Below, in pieces: positions 18,859-28,707 of a DNA stretch of 64,000 nt. The stretch is from IMG/VR virus record IMGVR_UViG_3300018080_000110, positions 32,001 through 96,000 of that record. One strand, written 5' to 3'. A program made the translations under genes and the position numbers. This DNA is from a virus. Each line of letters opens with the position of its first letter. Within the stretch, counting starts at the first letter, position 1. Below the pieces are notes generated by a model. It was given only the letters and a program-made list of their open reading frames with translations. It was not told the DNA's origin and did not search any database.

Positions 18859-19998
18859 CTACATTACCGGCGACGTGGGCGGGGGAGGGGGAACAGCTCC
18901 GCCCGTAGGACCGAACTGACTCTCCTTCTCCTTCTTTTCCTCACCCTTGCCGTTCTTCTTGGCCTCGACAGCTTCCTGCAGCTTCTTGGCCTTTTCCTTC
19001 TCTTCCGGAGTAGCGTCCGGATCTGCACCCGCCTGCGCAACCTTACGCAGGTAGGCCCTGGCAGCAGCAGCCTGAGCAGAGGACAACTTCACCCCTGCTT
19101 GGCCTGCGGCATCCAGGTTCTCATGAAGGACTGGATCCGTTGACTTCTTCTGAGCTGGTTCGTCGAGAACCTCACCCATCTGCCTTTTGGGTTCCGCCTT
19201 CGCTTTTTGCTTCGTGATGTCTGCCGGTGCAGTAGGGTCCTGAGTTTGGACCATATTCGCCTGCGCCTGTGCCGGTCCCGGCAGCTTCGGGACGTTCTCT
19301 TCCGCCGCCGAGGCGTTAGGGTTCTCCAGGGGCTCAGAGCCCGCAGAGATCTGTGCCGGGTTTTCTGCGTCAGCAGCCGTCTTGATCTTCCACATCTTGC
19401 GAACTGCAGCGATCGACGCTTGCTTCAGCTGAGGCTGCTCACCGGTTCCTCCGGGCACGTCATTCAGATCTGTCTCCATCGCCGTGGAGGCGTTGGTCTG
19501 ACCATCCTTCGGACCTGCTTTGTCAGAACCGGGCTTGGCCGGGGGCTGGGACTGAGGAGTGGCCTGGCCAGTGGTCTCGCTCTGCGTCCCAGGAGTAGGA
19601 GACTCCATGTTGGTCTGCAAGTCAGATCCAGGACCGACACCGGGACCGACCATCGGAGTCGGGGCGTTCGCTGCCTGCGTACCAAGACCCTCACCAACAG
19701 CAACCTTCTCCCAGTCGATCTGGTTCATGTTGGCGTTGATGAAATCCAGGGCCGAGGCCACTTTCTCTACGAGAGGAGTCTCTGCGGAAGCGCACTTGTA
19801 CCCCGCGCTCTCTTTCTCCTTCTCATCCTTTTTCTCCTTCTCCTCCTTCTTGGGAGGGAAAGGAGATGCAGAGGCCGACGGAGGCTTCTTGTCCTCCTCT
19901 TTCTTGCCAGCCTCGGATTCCTCCGCTTGGGCTAGCTTTTCTCGAGCCGTAGCCTCTGCGATTGCCCCAGATACCATCTCCTGCAAAGTCAATCGCAT
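18859..19998 (-). CDS. Scaffold/core-like low-complexity protein
   Basis: Disordered Pro/Gln/Glu-rich sequence with about ten K-x-A/S motifs. Confidence 0.6.
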   Translation of the reverse strand: MRLTLQEMVSGAIAEATAREKLAQAEESEAGKKEEDKKPPSASASPFPPKKEEKEKKDEKEKESAGYKCASAETPLVEKVASALDFINANMNQIDWEKVAVGEGLGTQAANAPTPMVGPGVGPGSDLQTNMESPTPGTQSETTGQATPQSQPPAKPGSDKAGPKDGQTNASTAMETDLNDVPGGTGEQPQLKQASIAAVRKMWKIKTAADAENPAQISAGSEPLENPNASAAEENVPKLPGPAQAQANMVQTQDPTAPADITKQKAKAEPKRQMGEVLDEPAQKKSTDPVLHENLDAAGQAGVKLSSAQAAAARAYLRKVAQAGADPDATPEEKEKAKKLQEAVEAKKNGKGEEKKEKESQFGPTGGAVPPPPPTSPVM

Positions 19999-20012
19999 CT
20001 TGCTCTCCTTTG

Positions 20013-20330
20013 TTAGTACGTGACCGGAGGCGGCGGTGCCGCTTTTTGGGGCCGCGTCAACGTCACATCCGCACCAGGGGCCTCTACATTGGACCTGGTG
20101 TAATTCGTTCCCCGCCCTGCCGGCGAGTTGATCACCTTGGGCTTCATCTGAGTAGGCGTGATGGGAGGCTTGAGCTCCCCAGGCTTTACGGGCGTGTCCT
20201 GGATAGATCCCGTGGACTGCTCCGCATCTCCTGAATCGGAAGGAGATCGCACAAAACTCGACTTCACGGAGCCTGTAGCCCCGATCTTTTCGAGCTCGTC
20301 GAAGAAGCCTGCCAACATCGCGTCACGCAT
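20013..20330 (-). CDS. FxDELEK-leader small protein
   Basis: MRDAMLAGFFDELEKIGA then Pro-rich tail. Confidence 0.65.
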   Translation of the reverse strand: MRDAMLAGFFDELEKIGATGSVKSSFVRSPSDSGDAEQSTGSIQDTPVKPGELKPPITPTQMKPKVINSPAGRGTNYTRSNVEAPGADVTLTRPQKAAPPPPVTY

Positions 20331-20401
20331 GGATGAAAACCAAGGCGATCAACCCGCCCTGAGATCTAAAGACCCCAGGGCGGGATGAAAGCACTTACAG
20401 G

Positions 20402-21190
20402 TTAGCTCCAGTCAACTTGGTACCCGGCCTGCTCCAGCATCTGGAGAGCCATGGTATCCACGTCGACCTGCGCGACCTTCTCGACATCGTAGCCGGCGTC
20501 GGCGAGCATCTCGTAGGCACGCTCGCGAGCGGCAGCCTCGAACTCCTCGTTGAAGGACTTCTTGTCCTTACCGCCCATGGCCTTAGCTGCCCCCGCAGCT
20601 ACTCCACCAGCGCCTAGGGCACCGGCACCCAGGGCGCCACCACCGATCAAGCGGGCGCGGGTCTTCATGGCCTTGGCGCCTTTTTGAGTGGCCTCTCTGC
20701 GGGCGGCGGCCCGCATGCGGTCTGCGGTGCGACCCTTCATGCCGGAGCCCCGAGCCTGCTGCAGCCGGCTCATGAGGTGCTCCTTGTAGGCCTTCTGGCC
20801 CGCGCCGCCGACGTTTTTGCCGGCGATGCGACCGCCTAGCCGCTCGACCTTCCCCACCAGCTTGCTGGCGAGGTCGCCCACGCGACCGGCGGACTTCTCG
20901 ATCTCATTCAGCTCGTTGACGTAGGCGTGCGCCATCGCACGGCCCAGGAAGTCGGCCTCTGCCAGCTTCTCCTGTGCCTCGTCGGTCTCGGGCTCTGCAG
21001 CAGCCTGCTTGCCCATGTCGCCCTCGATCTCGGCGAGGAGCGAGCCGACTTCATCGTCCGACAGCTCATCCAGGTTGACGCCCTCTTCCTCAGCCAGCTT
21101 GACCAGAAACTCGGCCGCAGCCTGCTTCTCGACGTCATCGCCGCTGATGATCTCGCTCGTACCGTACAGTTCGTTGAGGAACTCGTCCAT
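20402..21190 (-). CDS. Acidic core protein with an embedded basic Gly-rich segment
   Basis: EKQAA, VKLAE, EKLAE, YVNELNEIEKSA; GGGALGAGALGAGGVAAG. Confidence 0.65.
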   Translation of the reverse strand: MDEFLNELYGTSEIISGDDVEKQAAAEFLVKLAEEEGVNLDELSDDEVGSLLAEIEGDMGKQAAAEPETDEAQEKLAEADFLGRAMAHAYVNELNEIEKSAGRVGDLASKLVGKVERLGGRIAGKNVGGAGQKAYKEHLMSRLQQARGSGMKGRTADRMRAAARREATQKGAKAMKTRARLIGGGALGAGALGAGGVAAGAAKAMGGKDKKSFNEEFEAAARERAYEMLADAGYDVEKVAQVDVDTMALQMLEQAGYQVDWS

Positions 21191-21269
21191 CGTCTTTCTC
21201 CTTATTGGATCAGAAGTATGTCACTTCTCCAAACGGCGACGAGTTCTTCAAGGTCCAAGGCCTCTGTCG

Positions 21270-23144
21270 TCAACCTAGTCCGGCCATCCGCTTACCAAAG
21301 CCGATGGCGCCTTTCAAGAGCTTGTCGGGCAGGTCAGATCCCCCTGCTTTCAGTGCTGCCAACCCCACAGCTGTAGCAGCTAGATGGGGGTGATCTGCTA
21401 GCACTTCGGTTAACAACCCAGGCTGTTCCCCTCTCTGGTATGCCTTCCGCGTCTTATGCCGCGCAAAGGCAGAAGCCAGATAGGTTGCCGGGATGGCCCC
21501 GAGCAGCAGTTTGGGATCTATTCCTGCAGCCTCCTTTGTTCCGACGAAGATGTCGGAATCATTCTTTCCGTACACAGCAGCTTTCAGTTCCGGGAACCGA
21601 TCGAGATGCTGACTTAGATCGGCGATCTTCTCGATCACTTGTTCGCGGTAGCCATTATATGCGGCTGATACCTTGTTAAGCAAATCATCTTTTGCTTCCT
21701 CAGGTTCCGCCTCTTCCATTTCCGGCTTACCGACAATAGTGATACGGATCATCCGTCTCTTCAAGACTGGACCGAAAGCACTGCGGTCTTCGATCGCACC
21801 CTTCAAAAGACGCGCGATTAGGTTGTTAACGAACTCAGATCCCAGAGGAACAGACTTGTCTACTTCGTCCGAGGGGCCGAATACTTTACCGTCTCCTTCT
21901 AGGTTATCTGCTAAGTCTCTTTTGCCTAAACGGCATAGGACGACCCGCTGGAACTCTTTGGGCTTCAGAGTCATGCCGAGCATGGTGGGAGTAGATAGCG
22001 CCTCTCTCAAAGAACAGGCGCTCATCCGGTCCAAAGTCTCACGAGGGAGATCGGGCTCGGACTTCTCCAAGATCGGTACGGCTTTGCTTCCAAACTGAGA
22101 CGGCACAACGTCCTTTATAATCTCAGCTCTCTTGCGCTGGGAAGCCCTTTTTTTAAACGATCTCAGAAGCTCTCGGGCACCAGCGATCGATGCAGCCTTC
22201 TCCATCTCGAACGTTTTGTGCGTTCGGGGCTGTTCTTGACTGCTGTTGGTGTACCCGTACGTCTCTGCTACATAGGAGGAAGGAACGACGATCATAGCCT
22301 TGCTGGCGAGCTTGGCCATCATCTTCGACGTCTTTTCCGCTCCGATAAAGACGAAGGAGATGTCAAAAAAACGAGGGAACGGGTTAAAGGCACAGACCTT
22401 CCTACCGTCAGGCAAGATCTGATTCATCTGGTGCTTCAGGTAGTCGCTATAGTCGTTCCTGGTGATCGACAATCCACGAATTGGGCGCACCGTTTTGTGG
22501 TAGCGGAGTGCCGCCATACCTGGGTGGCGGTCCCTCTTGGGGTCGAACGTAGCCAAAGCTTGGCGGTAGAGCTCCCAGTCCGTGCTGACTGAACAGAGAT
22601 CGTACGGGACCTTGGTTCCCATTGAAGTATCTGGGAGCTGACCTTGATCGATCTTGTCGATGACCTTGTGCGCGTTGACCCTGTGCGCCAGCTGTCGGTC
22701 TAGCCGAGCAACGAGCTCTACACGCTTCATGCGGTCGTTCCAGCATGACAGCTCTACCGAACCAAACGCTCGAGCGTTAGGACCCTTATTACTGTGGTGC
22801 ATAAAGGGCTTAGCATAGTAGAGGAAGGTCTCGTAACCCCATACAGGGCCCTTGTGGATCAAATGCTCTTCTTCAAATCCGTCCCCGTTTGTATTGGAGC
22901 TCCAATACTCGAACGCGCCCAGCGCATTGATCAAAGCATAGATGCTATTTGGATCAGGCTTCAAGTTATCGATGTACTCACGCACTTGCGGCAAGAAAGG
23001 CGCGGCAACCTTGTCCATATAGCTGTGGTGCAGCATGTCTGGATGGTTGAAGACTTCGATGAGCTGATTCCCGTTTTCGTCAAAGGCCGGAAACTGGCAC
23101 AGTTTGACGATTCCGGGCTCGCCGTCTTGAAGCGGATGAAGCAT
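21270..23144 (-). CDS. Prohead maturation protease (putative), with C-terminal extension
   Basis: SNTNGDGF, PFMHHSN (His), VELVARLD, TSMG (Ser) fit the order seen in HK97/assemblin-type serine proteases; upstream of scaffold and capsid genes. Confidence 0.65.
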   Translation of the reverse strand: MLHPLQDGEPGIVKLCQFPAFDENGNQLIEVFNHPDMLHHSYMDKVAAPFLPQVREYIDNLKPDPNSIYALINALGAFEYWSSNTNGDGFEEEHLIHKGPVWGYETFLYYAKPFMHHSNKGPNARAFGSVELSCWNDRMKRVELVARLDRQLAHRVNAHKVIDKIDQGQLPDTSMGTKVPYDLCSVSTDWELYRQALATFDPKRDRHPGMAALRYHKTVRPIRGLSITRNDYSDYLKHQMNQILPDGRKVCAFNPFPRFFDISFVFIGAEKTSKMMAKLASKAMIVVPSSYVAETYGYTNSSQEQPRTHKTFEMEKAASIAGARELLRSFKKRASQRKRAEIIKDVVPSQFGSKAVPILEKSEPDLPRETLDRMSACSLREALSTPTMLGMTLKPKEFQRVVLCRLGKRDLADNLEGDGKVFGPSDEVDKSVPLGSEFVNNLIARLLKGAIEDRSAFGPVLKRRMIRITIVGKPEMEEAEPEEAKDDLLNKVSAAYNGYREQVIEKIADLSQHLDRFPELKAAVYGKNDSDIFVGTKEAAGIDPKLLLGAIPATYLASAFARHKTRKAYQRGEQPGLLTEVLADHPHLAATAVGLAALKAGGSDLPDKLLKGAIGFGKRMAGLG

Positions 23145-23148
23145 CGAT

Positions 23149-23793
23149 CTACTTTTTGAGCTGCTGCCGGAACTTTTCTAGGATGCTAGATCTCTTCCGG
23201 AAGCCCCCTCGATTTCTTGCACCTCGAGGGGTGAACAGCATAGGGTTTCTTTTTCGCCCTCTTCCGGACCTGCTTTCGGTAGGTTCGATACCGGAAGCGC
23301 CGCTTCTCCAAGCATCCATGATAGGAGATTTGTTTTTGCGACCGACGTCGCTCAACAGCTTCACAGTCTGCGGGTCTACGTAGGCACCGGCACCGGCGTC
23401 CATCTCGGCTCTCCCAACATTTCTGGAGACAAAAGATCCAGCTACGAGGGGATCTCGGGCCATGCCACGATTCATGGTGTACAGGGTGTTGAACGTGCGC
23501 TGCACAGCTTTCGGGTCTTGTTTCTTCAAACCTGGAGCGGCGGACAACATGTCTTTGAAGGCCTTGGGCTTCTCAATCTTTTCTCTGAGGTATCCAACAC
23601 CAGCGGCTCCCGCTTCTCCGGCAGCTGTTACTCCAGCAGCTACGGCAGCGGCTCCCAAATGACCACCGATACTTTTGGGGCCGAACTGACTTTTCAAAGC
23701 CTTGGTGAAAGATCTCCACGCTCCGGCTTCTTTGCGCATCGCAGCCCGCAGCTTAGCTACGTTCAACTCCTTCAGGTCTTGATCGAGGCTCAT
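23149..23793 (-). CDS. Putative internal virion protein
   Basis: N-terminal AAMRKEAG followed by Gly/Ala-rich hydrophobic helix. Confidence 0.6.
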   Translation of the reverse strand: MSLDQDLKELNVAKLRAAMRKEAGAWRSFTKALKSQFGPKSIGGHLGAAAVAAGVTAAGEAGAAGVGYLREKIEKPKAFKDMLSAAPGLKKQDPKAVQRTFNTLYTMNRGMARDPLVAGSFVSRNVGRAEMDAGAGAYVDPQTVKLLSDVGRKNKSPIMDAWRSGASGIEPTESRSGRGRKRNPMLFTPRGARNRGGFRKRSSILEKFRQQLKK

Positions 23794-24095
23794 TACATAC
23801 CCCTCGCTCTTTCCATTGCCTTGCGCTGCTTGTACATATGGTACTTGTAGCGGAGACGCTGAGCTGGATCAGACTCGTAAGCTTTTTTTCCACCGTAGGC
23901 AACGACGGCGTACGGAAGAGCCCTTGCAGCCAGATGTGCGGCCGGACTCCGAACACCGTGTTCTGCCATGGTTCTGGAAATGTCTTTGCCGGTGCCCATG
24001 AAGCCTTTTCCAGCTGCATAAGCAACTCGAGCAGCATCCTCGATCATCCCGGCGTGTTTTCGCAAAAGCAACGAGGCGATCTGTGTCTTCCTCAT
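23793..24095 (-). CDS. Small putative virion protein
   Basis: N-terminal LLLRKHAG; translationally coupled to neighbours. Confidence 0.55.
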   Translation of the reverse strand: MRKTQIASLLLRKHAGMIEDAARVAYAAGKGFMGTGKDISRTMAEHGVRSPAAHLAARALPYAVVAYGGKKAYESDPAQRLRYKYHMYKQRKAMERARGM

Positions 24096-25063
24096 CTGTT
24101 TCCTCCACGCACCCCAGCAAGCATAGCTGCGGGGGAGGCAGGAATGGAAGGACGGCGCCCGGCAGTCTTCGAGCGAAGCGCTCGATCGATGGAGGGGATT
24201 TGCTCTCCCATGACGTTAGAAGCACCGTTCAAGATCTTACACTGGGTAGCGACCTTCGAGAACTCGATGAATCGGGACACCACGGGGTGTGATGGGTTTG
24301 GGATTTTCCCCGTAGCCGAGGCTTCTTTTTCCATGTCGATATCTTGCAGAGGGATCTTACGCTCCTCCATCCGGTTCGTGACCGTTTGGAGGGCGTCATT
24401 CAGGACGTCCTTGTCCCCGCAAAAAATCGACCAAGCCGCCGCCACCTTGTAGAGGCTCTCCCCGCCAAGGATCAAATCGCAAGCAGTGTCGGCCATCTCT
24501 CTTTCTACAGCCTCTTTCGCTATCTCGGCCTTGGAAAGCTGAGCTCGGATATGGTCCTGAGCTCCGACAGCGGTCTGTCGAAGTCTGTGAATGTCAGGCA
24601 TTCCTGACGGGATCTCGGAAGGATGAACCATTCTCTGGGCGTACTTCCCGAAGATCTCTTCTTCGACTCTGCGATCGGCTCTTGCCATTTTGGTAGGCGG
24701 AGAGTCGTAGTCAGACACATGGACTTGCGGAGAGCGCGATCCATCGTGCATTTCACGCAAGATCACCGATGGATCTGCTGGGCCGCCGTCGAACTCGATA
24801 TTTCTCACCGAGCCGCCCTTTTCCCACTCATTCTGGAATGCGGCCTGGTTCGCGAATTCACAAACTCTGCGCGTGTGCTCTGGTCCGAGATCTTCGTCGC
24901 CGATCACAGACAGCACAGCGTCATTGAGCGGCGTGCGATTTTCCGTATAGAGAGCTGCGGCCTGCTTGCCGAGCATCTGAAGCTTCCCTGGGTCTACACT
25001 TGGGGCTCTCGCCTGTTCGATTAGACCTTGTGGGATAGCTCCTGTGTCTTTCTTATCTGGCAT
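24092..25063 (-). CDS. Putative head core protein
   Basis: First gene of the head operon; RRVCEFANQAAF; several K-x-A motifs. Confidence 0.6.
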   Translation of the reverse strand: MPDKKDTGAIPQGLIEQARAPSVDPGKLQMLGKQAAALYTENRTPLNDAVLSVIGDEDLGPEHTRRVCEFANQAAFQNEWEKGGSVRNIEFDGGPADPSVILREMHDGSRSPQVHVSDYDSPPTKMARADRRVEEEIFGKYAQRMVHPSEIPSGMPDIHRLRQTAVGAQDHIRAQLSKAEIAKEAVEREMADTACDLILGGESLYKVAAAWSIFCGDKDVLNDALQTVTNRMEERKIPLQDIDMEKEASATGKIPNPSHPVVSRFIEFSKVATQCKILNGASNVMGEQIPSIDRALRSKTAGRRPSIPASPAAMLAGVRGGNR

Positions 25064-25084
25064 GATCTACCTCGCCAGCTCCGG

Positions 25085-25113
25085 ATTGTATGCGCCTAGA
25101 TCTATTTGGTCAA
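25085..25113 (-). promoter_or_regulatory. sigma70-like promoter for head/tail operon
   Basis: Minus strand TTGACC-N17-TACAAT about 20 nt upstream of the 25063 start. Confidence 0.7.
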
Positions 25114-25210
25114 CGAATCTTGCCGCGATTCAAGCCACTTGGTACTTTGACAGCGTAGCATGCGGAGGCAACCAATGGGAAGAAGCGCCAAAGATCGACC
25201 CCAAGAGACC

Positions 25211-25942
25211 ATGGAAAGCTATCTAACCGTAGTGGAGGCGGCAAGGTATTTGAGCAGGTGCACGAAAACGGTCAAGAGCTACGTCCAGCACGGTGTTTTG
25301 CGGGCTAGGAGGTTTCGCGGTCACGGTAGGAGGCTTTGGCTCTACCAGGAAGATGTGCAGGCGCTAAAAGAAATGTGTGGTCGAAAACTTCGCACGGTGG
25401 ACTTTTGGGACCTGCTCCAAACTGTGAAAGTGCGCTTGAAGGGGATAGAGAAAAAGCTGGACTTCCTCATGAAAGTGAACGGATTGGATGTGTCCCTCTT
25501 GCGCGATGTAGATGTGTCCGTACTGGTGTCAGTGTACGATGAAGTTTGCGCGTTTTTGGAGTTGAACGCCCACGATGTGCCCTACGATCAAATGGAAGAA
25601 TGGGCTAAGGTGTTTTTGCAGTTCACAGAGCTCGAGTATGAACAACTCGTGGGACCCTCCCAAGATCTCCAGCCGTGGAAACCTTTCCATGTCCTGTGCA
25701 AGCACCTCATGCACACTCTCCGGCGTAAAAAAGGCTTCTCCTCTCACTACAGGATGCAGCAATCCTACCGCTTGTTGGACAAAGCCAGGAAACACATCGT
25801 CCAGTCAGCCCTAGTCTTCGAAGAATCTAGAGCACCAGAGATAGGTCCTAGGCGTGTGACTCAATTGGCCGACTTGAGCTCGTCTGAAGATACCTTAGAT
25901 CGATATATCGCCGCAGAAGCCCATAAATCCCATATCCACTGA
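25211..25942 (+). CDS. MerR/excisionase-like HTH DNA-binding protein
   Basis: YLTVVEAARYLSRCTKTVKSYVQHGVLRA; preceded by TTGCCG-N17-TACTTT (25120-25148). Confidence 0.7.
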   Translation: MESYLTVVEAARYLSRCTKTVKSYVQHGVLRARRFRGHGRRLWLYQEDVQALKEMCGRKLRTVDFWDLLQTVKVRLKGIEKKLDFLMKVNGLDVSLLRDVDVSVLVSVYDEVCAFLELNAHDVPYDQMEEWAKVFLQFTELEYEQLVGPSQDLQPWKPFHVLCKHLMHTLRRKKGFSSHYRMQQSYRLLDKARKHIVQSALVFEESRAPEIGPRRVTQLADLSSSEDTLDRYIAAEAHKSHIH

Positions 25943-25968
25943 AATTATCTACCTGATCGCGGGATAAG
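25942..25968 (+). promoter_or_regulatory. Putative phage-specific promoter, copy 2
   Basis: AAATT-N16-GATAAG. Confidence 0.5.
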
Positions 25969-26014
25969 ATCAATGAACCAGAAATGGTTTGTTCTCTAAC
26001 TGCAGGAGGAGAAA

Positions 26015-26380
26015 ATGGGAACGAGAAAAGCGGCTTCCGCCGCCAAAAAGAAGACGGAGTCGGAGTCGGAGATGACGATGTCGCTACCGGTCTTTCACAA
26101 CAAAGACGGCACCATCGATGTCGATGGTTCCCTGAACGGAGTCCTCGACGCGCTCGGGGATGAAGAAAGGGACAAAGCCCTTTCCCATCTGAGAAAGGTC
26201 CTAGGCCCGGAGGGTATCGTCGAAACGTACCGGGCCACGTGGGGCTCGGGACGCACCGGAAAGTACATCGTGTGCTCGTCCGCCGTCGGCACCGTCACGG
26301 TGCTCGCGGCGCTTGCAGAGGCAGTAGGCTGGGCCGGCGGGTGGGACAACATCCGCCCGACCAACTGGGTCCAGCGCTAG
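26015..26380 (+). CDS. Hypothetical protein with C-terminal TM segment
   Basis: Strong RBS AGGAGGAG; followed by a hairpin at 26388-26428. Confidence 0.65.
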   Translation: MGTRKAASAAKKKTESESEMTMSLPVFHNKDGTIDVDGSLNGVLDALGDEERDKALSHLRKVLGPEGIVETYRATWGSGRTGKYIVCSSAVGTVTVLAALAEAVGWAGGWDNIRPTNWVQR

Positions 26381-26447
26381 ATCTTCACGCCATCAAGCCC
26401 CTCGCAATGGGGGGCGTACCTGATGGCATTTCCCTTAGCTAGAACGC

Positions 26448-26473
26448 AAAATCGATCTCTTTTGTAGGATAAG
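26448..26473 (+). promoter_or_regulatory. Putative phage-specific promoter, copy 3
   Basis: AAAAT-N15-GATAAG. Confidence 0.5.
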
Positions 26474-26494
26474 ATTTTTGGAAAGGAGAAGACC

Positions 26495-26785
26495 ATGACT
26501 TTAGACGATATCGCTGCCCGTTGTTCGAAGTTCTCCGGTTGGGACCTTCAGTGGGAGATTGAGGGCGGTGCAGTACATTTCTGGGATCCAAAAGATTCCG
26601 GAAAGAGTCGCCTCTCCGTCTCCCTGCTGTTTCCCGACAGTCCCATCCTGCATGATAGGTATGGGCGTCTCTGGCACTGGGCGATCACCCGCGAAGAGCA
26701 AGAAGTGATTGCTCGGGCGCTCGGCTACAAGTCGGTGCCCACTGTGCTGAAGATGGCAGATCCGTTCACTCTCACCGACTACTAG
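26495..26785 (+). CDS. Hypothetical protein
   Basis: AAGGAG RBS; followed by a hairpin and T-tract at 26785-26820. Confidence 0.65.
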   Translation: MTLDDIAARCSKFSGWDLQWEIEGGAVHFWDPKDSGKSRLSVSLLFPDSPILHDRYGRLWHWAITREEQEVIARALGYKSVPTVLKMADPFTLTDY

Positions 26786-26822
26786 GCTCCCTGGGTTCTC
26801 CAGGTTGAGTCTTCTTTTAGCT

Positions 26823-28676
26823 TCAGCGCCTACGTCTGGGATTGTAGTCTTCCCCGGTATCCTTGAGTGGTGCAATGATATCGGGCCGTGGGTATTTGAT
26901 CATACTGGCGAGGAAGCAATACAGGATGGAGTGGAACGTATCGTCAGTCGTTCCGGGAGCGTGCTTGTACTCAATCATCCTGCGCTGCTCATTCTTTTCG
27001 CTGAAGATGTTGAGGATGTCTTGCCCGTAGGGATCTTGGAAGTCGTTCCAGTTAGGGAAGTCAAATTGTTTGCGAACGATGGCGTTGAATATATCGCTCA
27101 TCACCTCTGTGCGGTGAACGGCAAAGCGATGGAGCTTCTCCTCCCAATAGATCTTCCCCTTCTTCTGCATTGGGTTGTACTGATACTTCAAAACCTTCTG
27201 AGGACCGAAAGCACGGATCAAATGATCGTTGCGGTCGAATCCACCGCCGTAGTCACACCCACAGATGGCCACGTTGAATTGAGCCAAGATCGAACAGATC
27301 AAATCTAACTGGACTGGCGGTTCGAGCTCTCTCCCAGTGAAACGGTGAGCCCAGAAGATGGTGAAGTTACCTGTGCCGAAATAAGATCCAAGTGTCAACA
27401 CTGTGTAGGTGTTCTCGCCGGAACCCCAGTCGATACCGGCGAAGATGTCTTGACCAGCAAAGCGTTTGTACTTCTCAAAGTCCCCGAGCCTGATGTGTTC
27501 CTTGCAGCAAGCCTTGAGCTGACCTCGTGTGAGAGGACGCGTGCCGCTGTCATAGCTGATTCCTAAGACCTCGTTGTAGAGCTTTTGGCGAGAGTAACGC
27601 TCCTGCTTTTGGAGGATCTCGTTCCACCCCTCCTCCGTCTTCACGATCCAGGGAACCATCAATTGCGGGATGCGGTACCCGTCGAAAGTGACCTTCTCGC
27701 TGTTTGATTCGGTTTGCGGATTCAGAGACGCCCATTGGGCAGCAGGATGGTAGGGGTCTATCGGCTTGTGGCACTTGTCGCAGACCAACCCTTTTTTGCC
27801 GATATTGTCTTCGCTTAGGATGTTCCAATGCCAAGAAGATAGATCTTTCGGCGTGCCGTGTCGATCGCAGGGGACCAACCACTCGTTCTGCGTCGAGAAA
27901 TTAGCCCAGTAGTGCTCCAGTGTGTTATCGAGACTCTTCGGTGTCCCAGAGTAGATGAACAGCTTGTGGTCTGAGTGGGAAGCGCACTCCTCAATGACCG
28001 GTAAGTTGTCGACCAAGATATCCTGGATCTCGTCGACTGTGATCAAATCCGCAGGGATACCTCTTACTCGATCTGCGGTGAGGTACGCATAGCGCAAACG
28101 GACCTGTGAGTAGTTGATGAACTTTTTGTGGAAGACGGCGTTGGTCAGGACTGTGTTGGTGTACGCCTTTACCAGGGGACTGAGATCGATCGGGTCTTTG
28201 ACGCGGTCGTTCGAGAAGACCTTTGATTGCTCTGCTGATGGAGCAACGAAAAGAGAACGGAAGTGGTTGTTCAGGCAAGAGTAGGCAATGATCTTGTTGC
28301 CGAGAGTCGTGCTCTTTTCCACCTGTCTTCCGGCAAGTAGTAAGGTCTTGGGGCTTGCCGTGTCATAGATCCTTCGCAGGTACGGACGCTCGTCGAAAGA
28401 GAAATTATGCGTGTCTCCCTTGTCCGCGATCATAATCGCGGTTTCTGTAAACTCAGAAGGAGATACGTTGTAGAAGTAGTTCGACCCCGCGAATTCTGCA
28501 GCAGTTGGATCTCGGGGTTCTAGGTCAAAGCCATAGTCCTCTGGCTCCCCATAGTCGTTCAAATCGTAGAACGGTTCCTTGAACTCTTTTCCGTCCACGA
28601 CTTGGGCTGCGAAAGATAGGGGGACCACCCTTTCAGCTTCCTTCTCCCGCATTTTTGTGAGGTTAACTACGGCCAA
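26823..28676 (-). CDS. terL: Terminase large subunit
   Basis: Walker A AGRQVEKST, Walker B LITVDEIQD, motif III SGTP, Zn finger, RNase H-like FAGIDWG and DDTFHS. Confidence 0.9.
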   Translation of the reverse strand: MAVVNLTKMREKEAERVVPLSFAAQVVDGKEFKEPFYDLNDYGEPEDYGFDLEPRDPTAAEFAGSNYFYNVSPSEFTETAIMIADKGDTHNFSFDERPYLRRIYDTASPKTLLLAGRQVEKSTTLGNKIIAYSCLNNHFRSLFVAPSAEQSKVFSNDRVKDPIDLSPLVKAYTNTVLTNAVFHKKFINYSQVRLRYAYLTADRVRGIPADLITVDEIQDILVDNLPVIEECASHSDHKLFIYSGTPKSLDNTLEHYWANFSTQNEWLVPCDRHGTPKDLSSWHWNILSEDNIGKKGLVCDKCHKPIDPYHPAAQWASLNPQTESNSEKVTFDGYRIPQLMVPWIVKTEEGWNEILQKQERYSRQKLYNEVLGISYDSGTRPLTRGQLKACCKEHIRLGDFEKYKRFAGQDIFAGIDWGSGENTYTVLTLGSYFGTGNFTIFWAHRFTGRELEPPVQLDLICSILAQFNVAICGCDYGGGFDRNDHLIRAFGPQKVLKYQYNPMQKKGKIYWEEKLHRFAVHRTEVMSDIFNAIVRKQFDFPNWNDFQDPYGQDILNIFSEKNEQRRMIEYKHAPGTTDDTFHSILYCFLASMIKYPRPDIIAPLKDTGEDYNPRRRR

Positions 28677-28701
28677 AATATCTTCCGATAGTGGGTATAA
28701 G
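28675..28701 (+). promoter_or_regulatory. Putative phage-specific promoter, copy 4
   Basis: AAAAT-N16-TATAAG, facing a noncoding structured region. Confidence 0.55.
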
Positions 28702-28707
28702 AGAAGT

